This document shows, in pieces, positions 53,970 to 64,000 of a stretch of DNA of 64,000 bases; the stretch's first letter is position 1; every line of letters starts with the position of its first letter. Position numbers and translations under genes: made by a program. Source of the DNA: Camelus ferus (Eukaryota); assembly GCF_009834535.1 (NCBI RefSeq), contig NC_045707.1:63738001-63802000 (forward strand). Reading direction: 5' to 3'. The notes beneath the pieces were generated by a model, which did no database searches, was not told the DNA's origin, and saw only the letters and a list, made by a program, of their open reading frames with translations.

Positions 53970-54116
53970 CTGCAGCGTGGTGATGTGCTTGTCGTTGAAT
54001 TTGTTCTCGCAGTAGCGCAGCACCAGCGACGTCTTCCCCACGCAGCCTTCCCCGAGCAGCACCACCTTGAACGAGTAGGCTCGGCCCGCCGCCGCCCCGC
54101 CGCCGGCCGCAGCCAT
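53970..54116 (-). CDS. RAB21: RAB21 coding exon 1 (147 nt, aa 1-49; P-loop GEGCVGKT)
   Basis: Translates MAAAGGGAAAGRAYSFKVVLLGEGCVGKTSLVLRYCENKFNDKHITTLQ; ATG in context GGGATGG; donor CAG|GTGCGG; lies in a CpG island. Matches the Rab21 N-terminus as I recall it. Confidence 0.98.
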
Positions 54117-54414
54117 CCCGTCGCGTCCCCGCCGCCCGAGCCCTAGCGCCGCGCCGAGCTCCCCGCCGCCACCACCGCCGCCGCCGCCGCAGGCAGCGCC
54201 TTCACAGCCGCGGCCGGCGCAGGCCCGTCCGCACCCGCGCCGCCCGCCCCGGGCGCCGTCTCCGCTCCCGCCTCCGGGCGAGGCCTGTGAGAGCCGAGGG
54301 CAAGTCCGAGAATGAAGGGCCCCAGCCACCACGTCAGGCACCCGAGGAAAGGCAAAGAGCGCTCCCTCTCCGCCTCCCTCTAATGGCGTCTCCTTCCTCC
54401 TACGTCACACTTCG

Positions 54415-54426
54415 GGTCACGTGACC
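54415..54426. promoter_or_regulatory. Palindromic E-box / CLEAR element GGTCACGTGACC
   Basis: Perfect 12-bp palindrome containing GTCACGTGAC, about 300 bp upstream of the ATG. Confidence 0.75.
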
Positions 54427-54779
54427 GCCGCGGCCGGGGGCGGCCCCTGGGACGCGGCCCCGGAGAACGTGCCCTGACGGGGGCGGGGCTTCTGGGGCCT
54501 CGGCCCCGCGGGGAGGGGGGGCGGGGCTGGAAGTGAGCGGATTCCTCCCGGCCGTCTGCCCAGCTAGGCTGTCTGCGGCTCCCCACCACTCTGCCGTGGG
54601 CAGGAGCCTGCGGGATTAAGGCATGAATAATTGGAGGCAAACCCAGCTCAGGTGGAATGTCGAAGTGTAGAAAGTCATCGTTCTTGCCAAGGGAATGTTT
54701 ACAGGGCTAATGACGTCTCACGTCTGGGCTCGCTGTAACCCAGTTCTGCCAAGGTGCCCTTCATTTTGTTGACAGTATT

Positions 54780-55151
54780 TCTCTGTGAGATGTCAATTCA
54801 TAGCCAGTGAACCTCTTTTCAGTTCCCCAGACCACCTGGTCTCCTCCTCATCTTTCAGGTCTCAGCTTAAACTGCAAAGACTTCCCTGACCACCCATCCT
54901 TCTCCGGTCGGTCCTTCCATCCGTCTCTTCGCCACCCAACTTAGATATTTCATAAACCTTCTCTAGCAGCGCTTAGCACACTTCATGGAAATTACTTTGC
55001 TGAGTAAGTAAGGTAATTAACTTTCCTTAATTAGGCTGTAGATTTGTTAAGGACAAGAACTACGTGAGACTTGCCCAAACTTTGAGTTTCTGACTCGAAG
55101 TGCCAGGCACATAATAGGTATTCTACAAATATTTGGCAATGAATGAATGAA
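54780..55151 (+). mobile_element. L2 3' end
   Basis: Ends agtgccaggcacataatagg...aatgaatgaatgaa. Confidence 0.7.
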
Positions 55152-55441
55152 CAATACTTCTTAAGCCATTTTTCCTTAGTTTCCCAGTTTTTCTGTCTTC
55201 CATGAAGCTTTTTTTCCCCCATGAAGCTTTTGACATTCCATACTGACTCCACCTTGATAGACCTGGCTTGTTTGATGATTGCTTGTTTTTCCTCATCTGC
55301 CTCCCCCCTTCTTTCATGAAATACACTCTTCCAAGAAACCATACTAGTGTTTCTAAAAGTTTGCAACTAGAAATGTGATGTCAATTAGGCAAACACATTC
55401 GTTTTCATGAGACTCCCTTTCCACTTAAACTGGATAGCCCA

Positions 55442-55950
55442 TTCATTCATTCAACAAATATTTGAATGTACCCACCATATACCAGGCACTGTGCTGGATG
55501 AGATGCAATGTCTTTGTCATCAAGAGCTTCCATGTTAGCAGGGAAGACAGACACAGTTGTTATACAATGAATGCTTTCATCCTGATAAAGCAGTTCAGCA
55601 TATTTTGCCAACGTATATGGGGACCCAACTGGTTTAGCATACCAAGGCTTCTGGGAAAATGTTACCAATGGATAGGAGTAACCTAGACAAGAAGGGAGGA
55701 GAGCTTTGCAAGCAGAGAGAATAGCATGTCCCACAGCCTTGAAGTAGGAAGGAGCATCTAAAGATGAGAAACAAGTGTGGTAAGAATGCAGAGAGCTTCA
55801 GATGAGATTGACAGGGAAGCCAGGAATCAATACTGACAGGATCTTTCAGCAAATGCAGGTTTTTAATTAAGGGGGCTGATGTAATCAGATTTGACTTTTA
55901 AAAGATCACTCTAGCTATAATTTGAAAAATGGATTAGAGAAGGATAATAT
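55442..55950 (-). mobile_element. L2 3' end
   Basis: Begins ttcattcattcaacaaatatttg...ccaggcactgtgctgg; aaagatcactctagct. Confidence 0.7.
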
Positions 55951-56551
55951 TACTTCAATTTATTTAGAATCAGTTATTGAAGAGAGCTTATGTTTTCACA
56001 GAATATCCTTATGATTCCATCTGAAGATGTGTCCTCTACTTCTCTCTCCATTCTTCCTCTCAGGGTCTTTGCACACTCATGAATTCTTCCAGAACTAGGA
56101 GGAGACTTCATTTTGAAGGGGTCGCTTCCATTGTCCATTCTGAAGTCTTCTTCATATTGGATTGAAAGTTGCCTCTCTCTGCCTGCAATTAATTGTTCCT
56201 CATTTAACCTACCAGGCATGTATCCAATCTCTATTCTCTGTAAAACTCTTTATACATTTGAAGAAAATTATAAGATCTTCCTTTAAGCCTTCTTTTCTTT
56301 TCTCTTTTCAATATAGCCAATCCTTTCAATCACTGATCATCTTAGAACCTACACGCAATACTTTGTATTTATCACTGAATCAAAACAATTGAAAAATTTT
56401 TATTGTAAAATGGAATACATTTAAAGTTAAAATAATTTTCCAGGTTTAGCTTACATTGGGATTTAAGGACTGTGTTACAAATGTTCACAGATTGTAATAA
56501 ATCAGTTTGGCATAATTTTGAGCACAGAGTGGGTAACTGTCGATGTGAATT

Positions 56552-57033
56552 TGTGGCAAATTGATAATGACTCCCCAGAGAAATCAGTTCCAAATACCTG
56601 GGCACCAGTAAATGTTGCCTTATTTGGATAATTGATGTCTTCTGGTGAGATTACATTAAGAATCTTGTGATGGAGAGATTCTCTTGTATTATCTGATTGG
56701 GCCCTAAATACAATCACAAATATCCCTATTGGAGGGAATCAGAAAGAGATGCTACACACACAAAAGAGAAGGCAATGTAACAGTAGAGACAGAGATTGGA
56801 GTGATGCATCCACCAGCCAAGGAATGCTGACAGCCATCAGATGCTGAAAGAGACAAGGAATAGATGTTCCCCTAGAGTCTCTGGAAGGAGCACAGACCTG
56901 CCAACACATTCATCACAACCTACTGAAACTGATGTTGGACTCCTGAACTCCAGAACTGGAAGAGAATAGATGTCTGTTTTTTAAGCCATTAAGTTTGTGA
57001 TAATTTGCTGCAGAAGCCATAGGAAACTAACAT
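56552..57033 (+). mobile_element. MLT1 (B/C/D-like) solo LTR
   Basis: tgtggc...gggccctaaatacaatcac...cagaactggaagagaata...ggaaactaaca. Confidence 0.85.
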
Positions 57034-57777
57034 GTAAGTATACTGGGACTAAACACGTGTCCTATGTTAGCTTAAGCATTGAAAGAAATTCAGGCTAATT
57101 CTGGGATAGATTCTGTGCTCTTAAGAACTTACATCAGTCTTGGAGTCAACTATGACTGGTCTGTATAAACTTGATAGAGGATGCCAGAAAAAACTGGAAC
57201 GCCAGTTCCTTCATAGATGGGAGCTGCAAAAAAAGTGAATACTCCTCAGTGAGCAGGTAACTCAAGACAGAATCCCGATTGGTGAGGGCTGAGGCATGGT
57301 AGGGTGCAAAACCTTGGTAAGTAAGTGGTTCTATTATACTTCTATTTGCTAAAGCTAAGACCTAGCTGATATCCTTTTGTTTTCTCTTACTCTTCACGTC
57401 CAGTCCACTATCATGTCCAGTCAACTGTACCTCTGAAATAGATCTTGAATCCATCAGTTCTCCATCTCTACCACCCTAGTCCAACCCACAATCAACTTTT
57501 TCTTAGGCTACTACAATAGCCTTCTAACATGTCTCTCTGACTACGTTTGCCCTATTACCCACTGCAATCTATTCTTCAAACAGTTGCAAGAGTTGTTTCA
57601 GAAATAAACAAACAAACTCAAATTCCTTACCATGACCTATAAAGTCCCCACATGATCAGGATGTTGTCTGACTTTCCACCTTCTCATCATCCCATCCTCT
57701 TCTCCTACTATGCTCCAGTCTTACCTGCTTCCATTCTGATCCTCTTAGAGGCTAGTCCTTACCTGTCTCCAGGCTCT

Positions 57778-58267
57778 TGTCTGGAGCAGAGAAATGTTTA
57801 TTGCAGGACCAAGCAAGGAGAATGGGTGGCTTGTGCTCAGAAAACCCTGAACTCCTTGATGATTGGGGGGGGGGGTGGGTATTTTACAGGTAAAATTTGG
57901 GGTGAGGGCTGCAGGGTGTGTGACTTTCTTCTGATTGGTTGGTAGTGAGGTGACACTGTGGTACTCCAGGAATCCTCCTGTGTAGCCTGAAGTTGCCATC
58001 CTCCACCTGTGTAGGGGCCTCAGTTCCTGCAGAAGAACTCAAGGATATTGTTATGTATATTCCTTCAGGAGGAACCGGGACCCTGTCCCATCCTGCACTA
58101 TTGTTTCTTGACTGCTCCTCCTCTGTTTCTGTATTCCCCCACTTCTCTGCTCTTTGGAACTCAGGGAAGGTCTAGGAGGCTGAAGCCTTTTTTCCGGCAA
58201 ACAAGAAATGGAGGACACAGAAAGGATTTGTACCCAGGAGTGTCCCACAGGATCCTGCTTGGTTTCA
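57778..58267 (-). mobile_element. ERV-type solo LTR inserted in an L2 remnant
   Basis: Minus strand starts TGAAACCAAGCAGG; CCAAT box near 57934-57938 and AATAAA near 57797-57802 in LTR order; left boundary uncertain. Confidence 0.6.
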
Positions 58268-59040
58268 ATACTTTTATCATACTCCTAGCATTTATTTGTT
58301 TCCATGTTTATAGGCTCTGTGAGAACAGACACCTTGATGACTGGCACAGCCACCAGTCTGCAGGGCCGAGCACTGTATCTGGCATGTAATGGTCACTCAG
58401 TAAACATTTGTTGCATGAATTGAGGTAAGATCATATTTTGATATTTTAGCCTATGGGAATTTCCCCCTAGTATTTCCATGAGCCGCAAGGCATCCTATGT
58501 GCCAAGGAAAGACAGGGACGGCAGAACATAGTACAACAAAGATTTTAATTTTTAGATTTAGATTTTCAGCAACCCAGGCCACTAGTATTTTAAACTTTAA
58601 AAAAAAAAATGTACGTATCAACAATCAGAGGCACTGCTTGACTAACAAGTACTAGCCAGGGACAATTAGAGGGAAGGCAAAGGAGTCAGTTAGAAACTGG
58701 TGAGTATTCCGGTAGCAGAAACCGACCATATGTTTCTCAAACATTCTAGCCCTTTCTGCCTTGCCTTCCTCTACTATAGAGATAAATAGAGGAACACTTG
58801 AATTCATAGTCTTTGAGTTAACAATAGTTATGTTGCAACTATGAGGGTCAAAATCATGCACAAAAAACCCAGAGCAGTAAGTTAGAAGTAGTCTTGAGCA
58901 AATATCCTAATCCTGAATTGCCTATCTCTAGACTTCTTATTGGAGAAGGTAAGTACCAAATTTATATCATCCACTGTAATATGGTTATCTATTATTTGCA
59001 GCCCAATATATTCATAATGATAGCATTTTAGATAGTTTTG

Positions 59041-59292
59041 GGGGCAGGGGAGAGTATAGCTCCCAGTACCTCCATTTAGGTTTTTTTTTTCTTTTTTTGT
59101 AGGGGGTAAGTTAATTGGATCTACTTATTTAATTATTTTTTAAATGGAGGCACTGGGGATTGAACCCAGGACCTTGTGCATGCCTAGCATGTGCTCTACC
59201 ACTTGAGCTCTACCCTCCCCCACCCAGCACTTCCATTTAAAAAATAAATAAATAAACTAATTACCCCCAAAAAAACCCCTCAAAACTAAAAC
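59041..59292. mobile_element. Composite SINE: minus-strand copy (about 59079-59222) nested in an internally deleted plus-strand copy
   Basis: Inner TSD cccag(t/c)ac(c/t)tccattta; outer TSD ta(g/a)atagttttg. Confidence 0.85.
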
Positions 59293-59548
59293 TAAATAGT
59301 TTTGAGGAATCTAAGATCAAAGTAAAGAGATTTCTCCCTTCCTCAACAAAGTCCAAGAAGGTAAGAAGCTTTGCAAAGTTCACCTGTATCTAAGATGGAC
59401 CAGGAGCTAAAGAGCAGAAGGGCCTGGAGTATCTAGACAGCCTGAAATAGGCTTATGGAGTTTCTGCAATGCCAATGTTAAGAGAGTCTTCAAATGGTTT
59501 CCTACAACCTACAGAGGAAAATTGATGATAAAGAGTTGTGCTTAGAGG

Positions 59549-59659
59549 CAGAGTGATCAACACCCCAGTTTGCCCAAGGCTCTTCTGATGTGAGCATTGA
59601 GATTCCCACATCCTGGGATACCCTTCATTTCTGAACAATCTAAGATTGCTGGTCACCCC
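59549..59659. mobile_element. MER94-like hAT MITE
   Basis: agagtgatcaacaccccagtttgccc...tggtcaccc termini. Confidence 0.6.
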
Positions 59660-60219
59660 ACCTGAAGAGACTATGCTACTGAGACAAGCAGGACACAGCA
59701 GCACTTGAGGGCCAAGTGGCTATGAGAGTGTGGATAGGTGACAGATGCCAGCATATTTGGATGATGACAACTGAGACCCACTGCCCAGCATCTTGGAGGT
59801 TCAGATGACCAATTCAATAATAATAGGTCCCTTCAAATATTGATACAACCTGGGCAAGATATGAAGGACAATGTGAACTGACTGAGATTACCCACATTGA
59901 GATTTAGTTTCTATTATCTACTAGAAGTCAACCAATTAAGTTCAATTTTAGAAAAATTCAATTTCTAACTTGTGGACAAAGATCTTGTACCCTCTATAGA
60001 ATAAATACATGATCTGAACATTGAAGGATGACTAGGACTCAGCCACGTAGAGATAAATATTCAGATTTCAGGACACAGCATACCATTAAATAAGCACCAG
60101 GAATGAGACACACATGGTAAGAGATGGATGTAAAGATGTAAATAACATTATACAGAACCTTGAAAATCATGCTAGAAATTTTGGAGCTTTATCATAAAAA
60201 CAATAAGAAGTCCTTTAGG

Positions 60220-60430
60220 ACAGTGTGACACAAAGTGTGGTCTGCAGACCGTCAGCCTCAGCTGGAAGCTTGTTAGAAACGCAAATTCTCAGATTTTCAG
60301 TCCGCACTCCCACTTATCCCAACCCCCACCCCACAATTAAATCAGAATTTCCAAGAACAGGATCCAGGAATCTGTGTTTTAACAAACCCTCCTTGCAATT
60401 CTTATACATGTTGAAGTTTATAAAACACTG
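60220..60430. mobile_element. MER5-family hAT MITE
   Basis: cagtg...aaagtgtggtc...gcttgttagaaacgcaaattctcag...aatctgtgttttaacaaaccctcc...cactg. Confidence 0.8.
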
Positions 60431-60439
60431 ATTTAGGAG

Positions 60440-61030
60440 GCAAGAGTTAAGCAAAGTGAGAGAGACGAGGAGGGGTCGGAATCCCGCACTTCCAGCTTAG
60501 GCAACTGGTAAGTGGTGATGCCTTTCACTGAAATAAACACAGGAGAAGAAAAAAATGTCGGTTCTATTCTTTTAGTTCAGGACATTTTTATTTTGAAGTG
60601 CCTGAGAAATTCTCAAGTGGAGTCACCTAGTGGGCTTCATGGGCTGATAGCACCGGAGAGAGATCTGGGCTTGAGGCAGGGATGAGAAAGTCATCAATAT
60701 AGACAGGAAAGTCTGACTCCCTGGGGAAGTAGATGAGATCACACAGGGAGAGTGTCGAAGCAAGAGGGCCCCAGGGCCTAGAACAGAACCCTGAAAAGCA
60801 CTGACTTTTAAAGGATGGGCAAAGAATGAGGAGCTGCAAAGCGACAACCCAAAGAAGTAAAACGAAAACTGGGAGAAGTCAATGTTAAGGAGAAGAGAAT
60901 GTCTTAAAACAGAAGGACTCATGAAATGCTTTGGAGAAATCAAATTAAATATGGGCCTGTGAGTATCTACTGGTTTCGCTACAACATAAGAATTAGAGAT
61001 CTTGGTTTAACAGTTTCAATAGAATGGTAG
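60440..61030 (-). mobile_element. L2 fragment
   Basis: ggagagagatctgggcttg, gatgagatcacacagggagag motifs. Confidence 0.65.
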
Positions 61031-61085
61031 GGGTTGAGATAAACTTGTAATGCTCAGGAACTAACTAAAAATGGTTGATTTAGTT

Positions 61086-61287
61086 CAGTGATTCTCAACC
61101 AGAGGTAATTACCGTCCCCAGGGGACATCTGGCAATATCTAGTGACATTCTTGCTACTGGCATTTAGTGGGAAGAGGCTAGGGATGAGGCTAAACATTCT
61201 ATAATGCACAGAACAACTCCCTTCCCCTCCCCAAGGAAGAATCATCCTGCCCCAAATATCAATAATGCCCACGTTGAGAAACCCTGC
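61086..61287. mobile_element. MER20 hAT MITE
   Basis: cagtgattctcaacc...ccccaggggacatctggcaat...gttgagaaaccctg. Confidence 0.85.
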
Positions 61288-61419
61288 TTTAGCCTAATAA
61301 AGTAAGTGTATTTTTGCAGCCCATCATAATCATAAATCCACTGGGTGTATTATTATTATTGAGGCAAACAGAAAGTATGGCCAAGCAGGAAAAGAATGAG
61401 AAACTCAAGAGCTCCGGAA

Positions 61420-61560
61420 GGAGGGGGGAGGGTATAGCTCAGTGGTAGAGCGCATGCTTAGCATTCATTGAGGTCCTGGGTTCAATCCCCAGTACCTCCG
61501 TTAAAATAAGTAAGTAAACAAATAGACTTAATTACCTCCTCCCCCGACCCAAAAAGAAAA
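61420..61560 (+). mobile_element. tRNA-Ala-derived SINE, long-tail form
   Basis: ggggagggtatagctcagtggtagagcgcatgcttagcat...gggttcaatccccagtacctcc plus taattacctcc tail. Confidence 0.92.
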
Positions 61561-64000
61561 ATCTCAGGAAACTTTATCTGTGTTTCCAACTTTGCCACTA
61601 CTATCTATGTATGCCTTTTAAACAATCATTTAAGTGTTTTCTCAACTCCATTTCTTCATGCAGAATCATCTTGCAGCCCCAAGACATTTATAATCCTCCA
61701 CTGAACATTCATTCCTTTAAGCAACTCTTACAGGGAATACATTCTTATTCTAATTAAGTTTCTCTTTAGGGACAAAAAGAGAATTCAAAAACACCTCTCG
61801 AACTACTTATAGAAATATAGATGCACTGCTTCTGTAGAGCTTTTCTACAAAAACAAGAAGTTTGGGTTCAATATACAGTAATATGCAGTCATTTGAAAAA
61901 CAATAAATTAGGAGATAAAGCAAGAGTTAAAAACAGGAAGACAGTAACAGAGATAAAGGAACCACAGGAAACAAAACTAAAGACATTATTCCTGCAGCTG
62001 CCAGAGCAGAGGGAGCTGCAGTTTGGTGCTTGGCAGCAAGACAGGGATTTTCAGTACAGTAGTCTTGGTGTCCTCTCTGGGGGCTAGAAATGTGTCTGTC
62101 ACATTTCTTATTCCAGATCCTGCAGTGCTCAATTCACATTTGTTAATGAAAACAAGTGAATAAATAAAGCTAAATCTATAAAATACTGGGGTTTGAGAAA
62201 TGCTTTTGGACATATGGGGCTTTGTTTAAAAAAAATTCTTAAAGCATTTTCCATTTTAAGCATCTAATAAGAGTAATTAACGATAGAAAGAAAAATAGCT
62301 GTCATCTACTGTGAAGTTTGTGGGAACTAAACCCCTTTGTTCCTTTACTTGCTCATCGTTCAGCAACCTTCATTGAGTGCCAGGCAAGATGATTCTCCCT
62401 TCATGGAGCTCATAGTCTAGTGTGGGAGGCAACACAGAAACAATTAAAATATTGGCCGTGTTTGATGCCAATCTGGCAACCACACCTCCTCCTCCTCCTC
62501 CTTTCAATGAGAATCTGGTCCTTGCCCAGGTATCCACTCTTTCCTGTGCAGCCCATGTGCCCCTAGCTTCCATTTGGTCCTGATCTCATATCCCTGTGGT
62601 TCTTTCTAGCTCTTAGAGGCCACTGTATATGTATGTGAAGCAGCAGTTTTCAAATGCCTCCCCCTGGCAAACAAAACTGAGCTGTAATTGTAAGCACTGG
62701 CCACAAAGGGGCGCAAGCAGCTCAATGAAATTTACCAGGTTGGCCAGAGTGCATTCAAGACTGACTCAGGACTTCAACGTGAGGAGAAAAAAAAAAAAAA
62801 AAAAAAAACCACCGGGAGATTTTCTTCTGAGTTGTAGAAGACAAGAATATTCCAAGGGACACATGGGTGAGGGGAAGACAGTTCCCAAGCCATTTATCCC
62901 TAAGGTGCCAGTATTAACTAAAAGTGTCTCAAGAAACTACATATTCTTGTCAAAGAAGGAATATAAGCCAAACTTGCAGATTCTCAGAATTTACTCACCA
63001 ATTTATAGAATTTTTAGTATAAATTATACTAAAACTGTACAATCTCAAGAGTTAAAAAGGGAGGGCAAATACAGAAGCCAAAACCTTCCATTGTAATGTG
63101 CATTTTATATTTCCATTTATAAATTGTACGTGTATTTTGAAATCACCAGAGCATGAGGTTGTATCAGATGCAAGTGTATGGTTGACATAATTGGCAACAG
63201 AATTACGTGCCAGCATTGTGTACCGAAGTGCCTTACTAAAAACATTCAGTTCAGAATGGTAGCAGTCTGAGTCTGTCTAGTAAACTAACTTTTTAAAACT
63301 AGATGTCCGTAGTTAAACGAACTGGACATTCAAAAGAGGTTGGTCCACTTGAACTAAGCCTGAATGACTATATTTTCCCATCTTCTTGAGAAATGAGTCA
63401 GAGTAGGGGTGAAAAAGACTCTTAACAGAGAAATTGTTTTGCCCTCGTGAAATAATTTGACTGAGGGTTCTTATGGGAGACTTGTGATGTTGAGATTGGA
63501 GAACTTTCTGATAGCTGTGGATGGGCTAATGGGAAGTTTGTAAGTAGTGCATATATATCCTAAAGATTACGGCACTCCGTACCACTTGCTTGAGTGTGTT
63601 CTCCTCTGGGCTATTCATTCCTGCCTGGTAAGTTCTCATTTAAAATCTTACCATTCCTCTATACCACTTTCTAAATACATTCCAGCATGTATCATTGAAT
63701 ATTACAGTTACCTATTTATTTATCAGTACAAAGCTCTAAGCAATATGGTAGTGATTTGTCTGCCTTGCTCTCCATTATATCCTGTGCCCAGAATACTACC
63801 TACAACATGATAGATGCAAAATAAAAAAAAAAAAAAAAAAATTGACCAAACCTCCCAAATACCAGCTCTCTTATGCTTTCTTTTTCTTTTTCCTTTTTTT
63901 TTTTTTTTTTGGCTTTTATATACACCTCCAATTCCTTGAACCTCCATCTGCTGGCAAACCCCACCCCCACCTCCATTTTTGTAGATGCCTCTCTCCTGAA

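Larger units (their letters stand above)
53150..54730. promoter_or_regulatory. CpG island containing the RAB21 promoter, 5' UTR and exon 1
   Basis: Abrupt rise in GC and CpG density; GGGGCGGGGC boxes at 54480-54489 and 54518-54527; GGAAGTG at 54529-54535; YY1-like AATGGCG at 54382-54388. Confidence 0.93.

Noticed and set aside
53745..54341. 198-aa ORF as a standalone protein
   Set aside because: It is RAB21 exon 1 plus GC-rich leader and read-through into intron 1 past the CAG|GTGCGG donor.
62629..63096. 155-aa ORF with poly-Lys
   Set aside because: Poly-Lys comes from a genomic A tract; no domain or splice support.

Overview
Mammalian genomic DNA, AT-rich and dense in repeats. It is probably camelid, inferred from about ten copies of a tRNA-Ala(AGC)-derived SINE resembling camelid vic-1. 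The window holds one complete protein-coding gene, RAB21, on the minus strand. All 7 coding exons were read from the sequence (54116-53970, 42259-42200, 41428-41321, 38360-38297, 33106-33052, 32533-32445, 29832-29690). Every intron is GT-AG, and the CDS is 666 nt (221 aa plus stop) ending in GGCCSSG. The CpG-island promoter at about 53.2-54.7 kb carries a perfect CLEAR/E-box palindrome and UPRE-, CRE-, YY1-, GC-box- and ETS-like motifs. A repeat-poor region of about 10 kb downstream of the stop looks like an extended 3' UTR. The rest is L1, L2, L3, MIR, MaLR/ERV LTR and Tigger/hAT fossils. Almost all ORF-track entries are spurious or decayed L1 fragments. I found no well-supported new biological system. 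The best leads are three consecutive AG|GTA-starting exons, a tandem donor that could remove the prenylation tail, a nested inverted SINE-in-SINE, a head-to-head L1 pair with a decapitated SINE at the junction, and candidate CTCF sites. Repeat family names are from memory of consensus sequences and many repeat boundaries are approximate.
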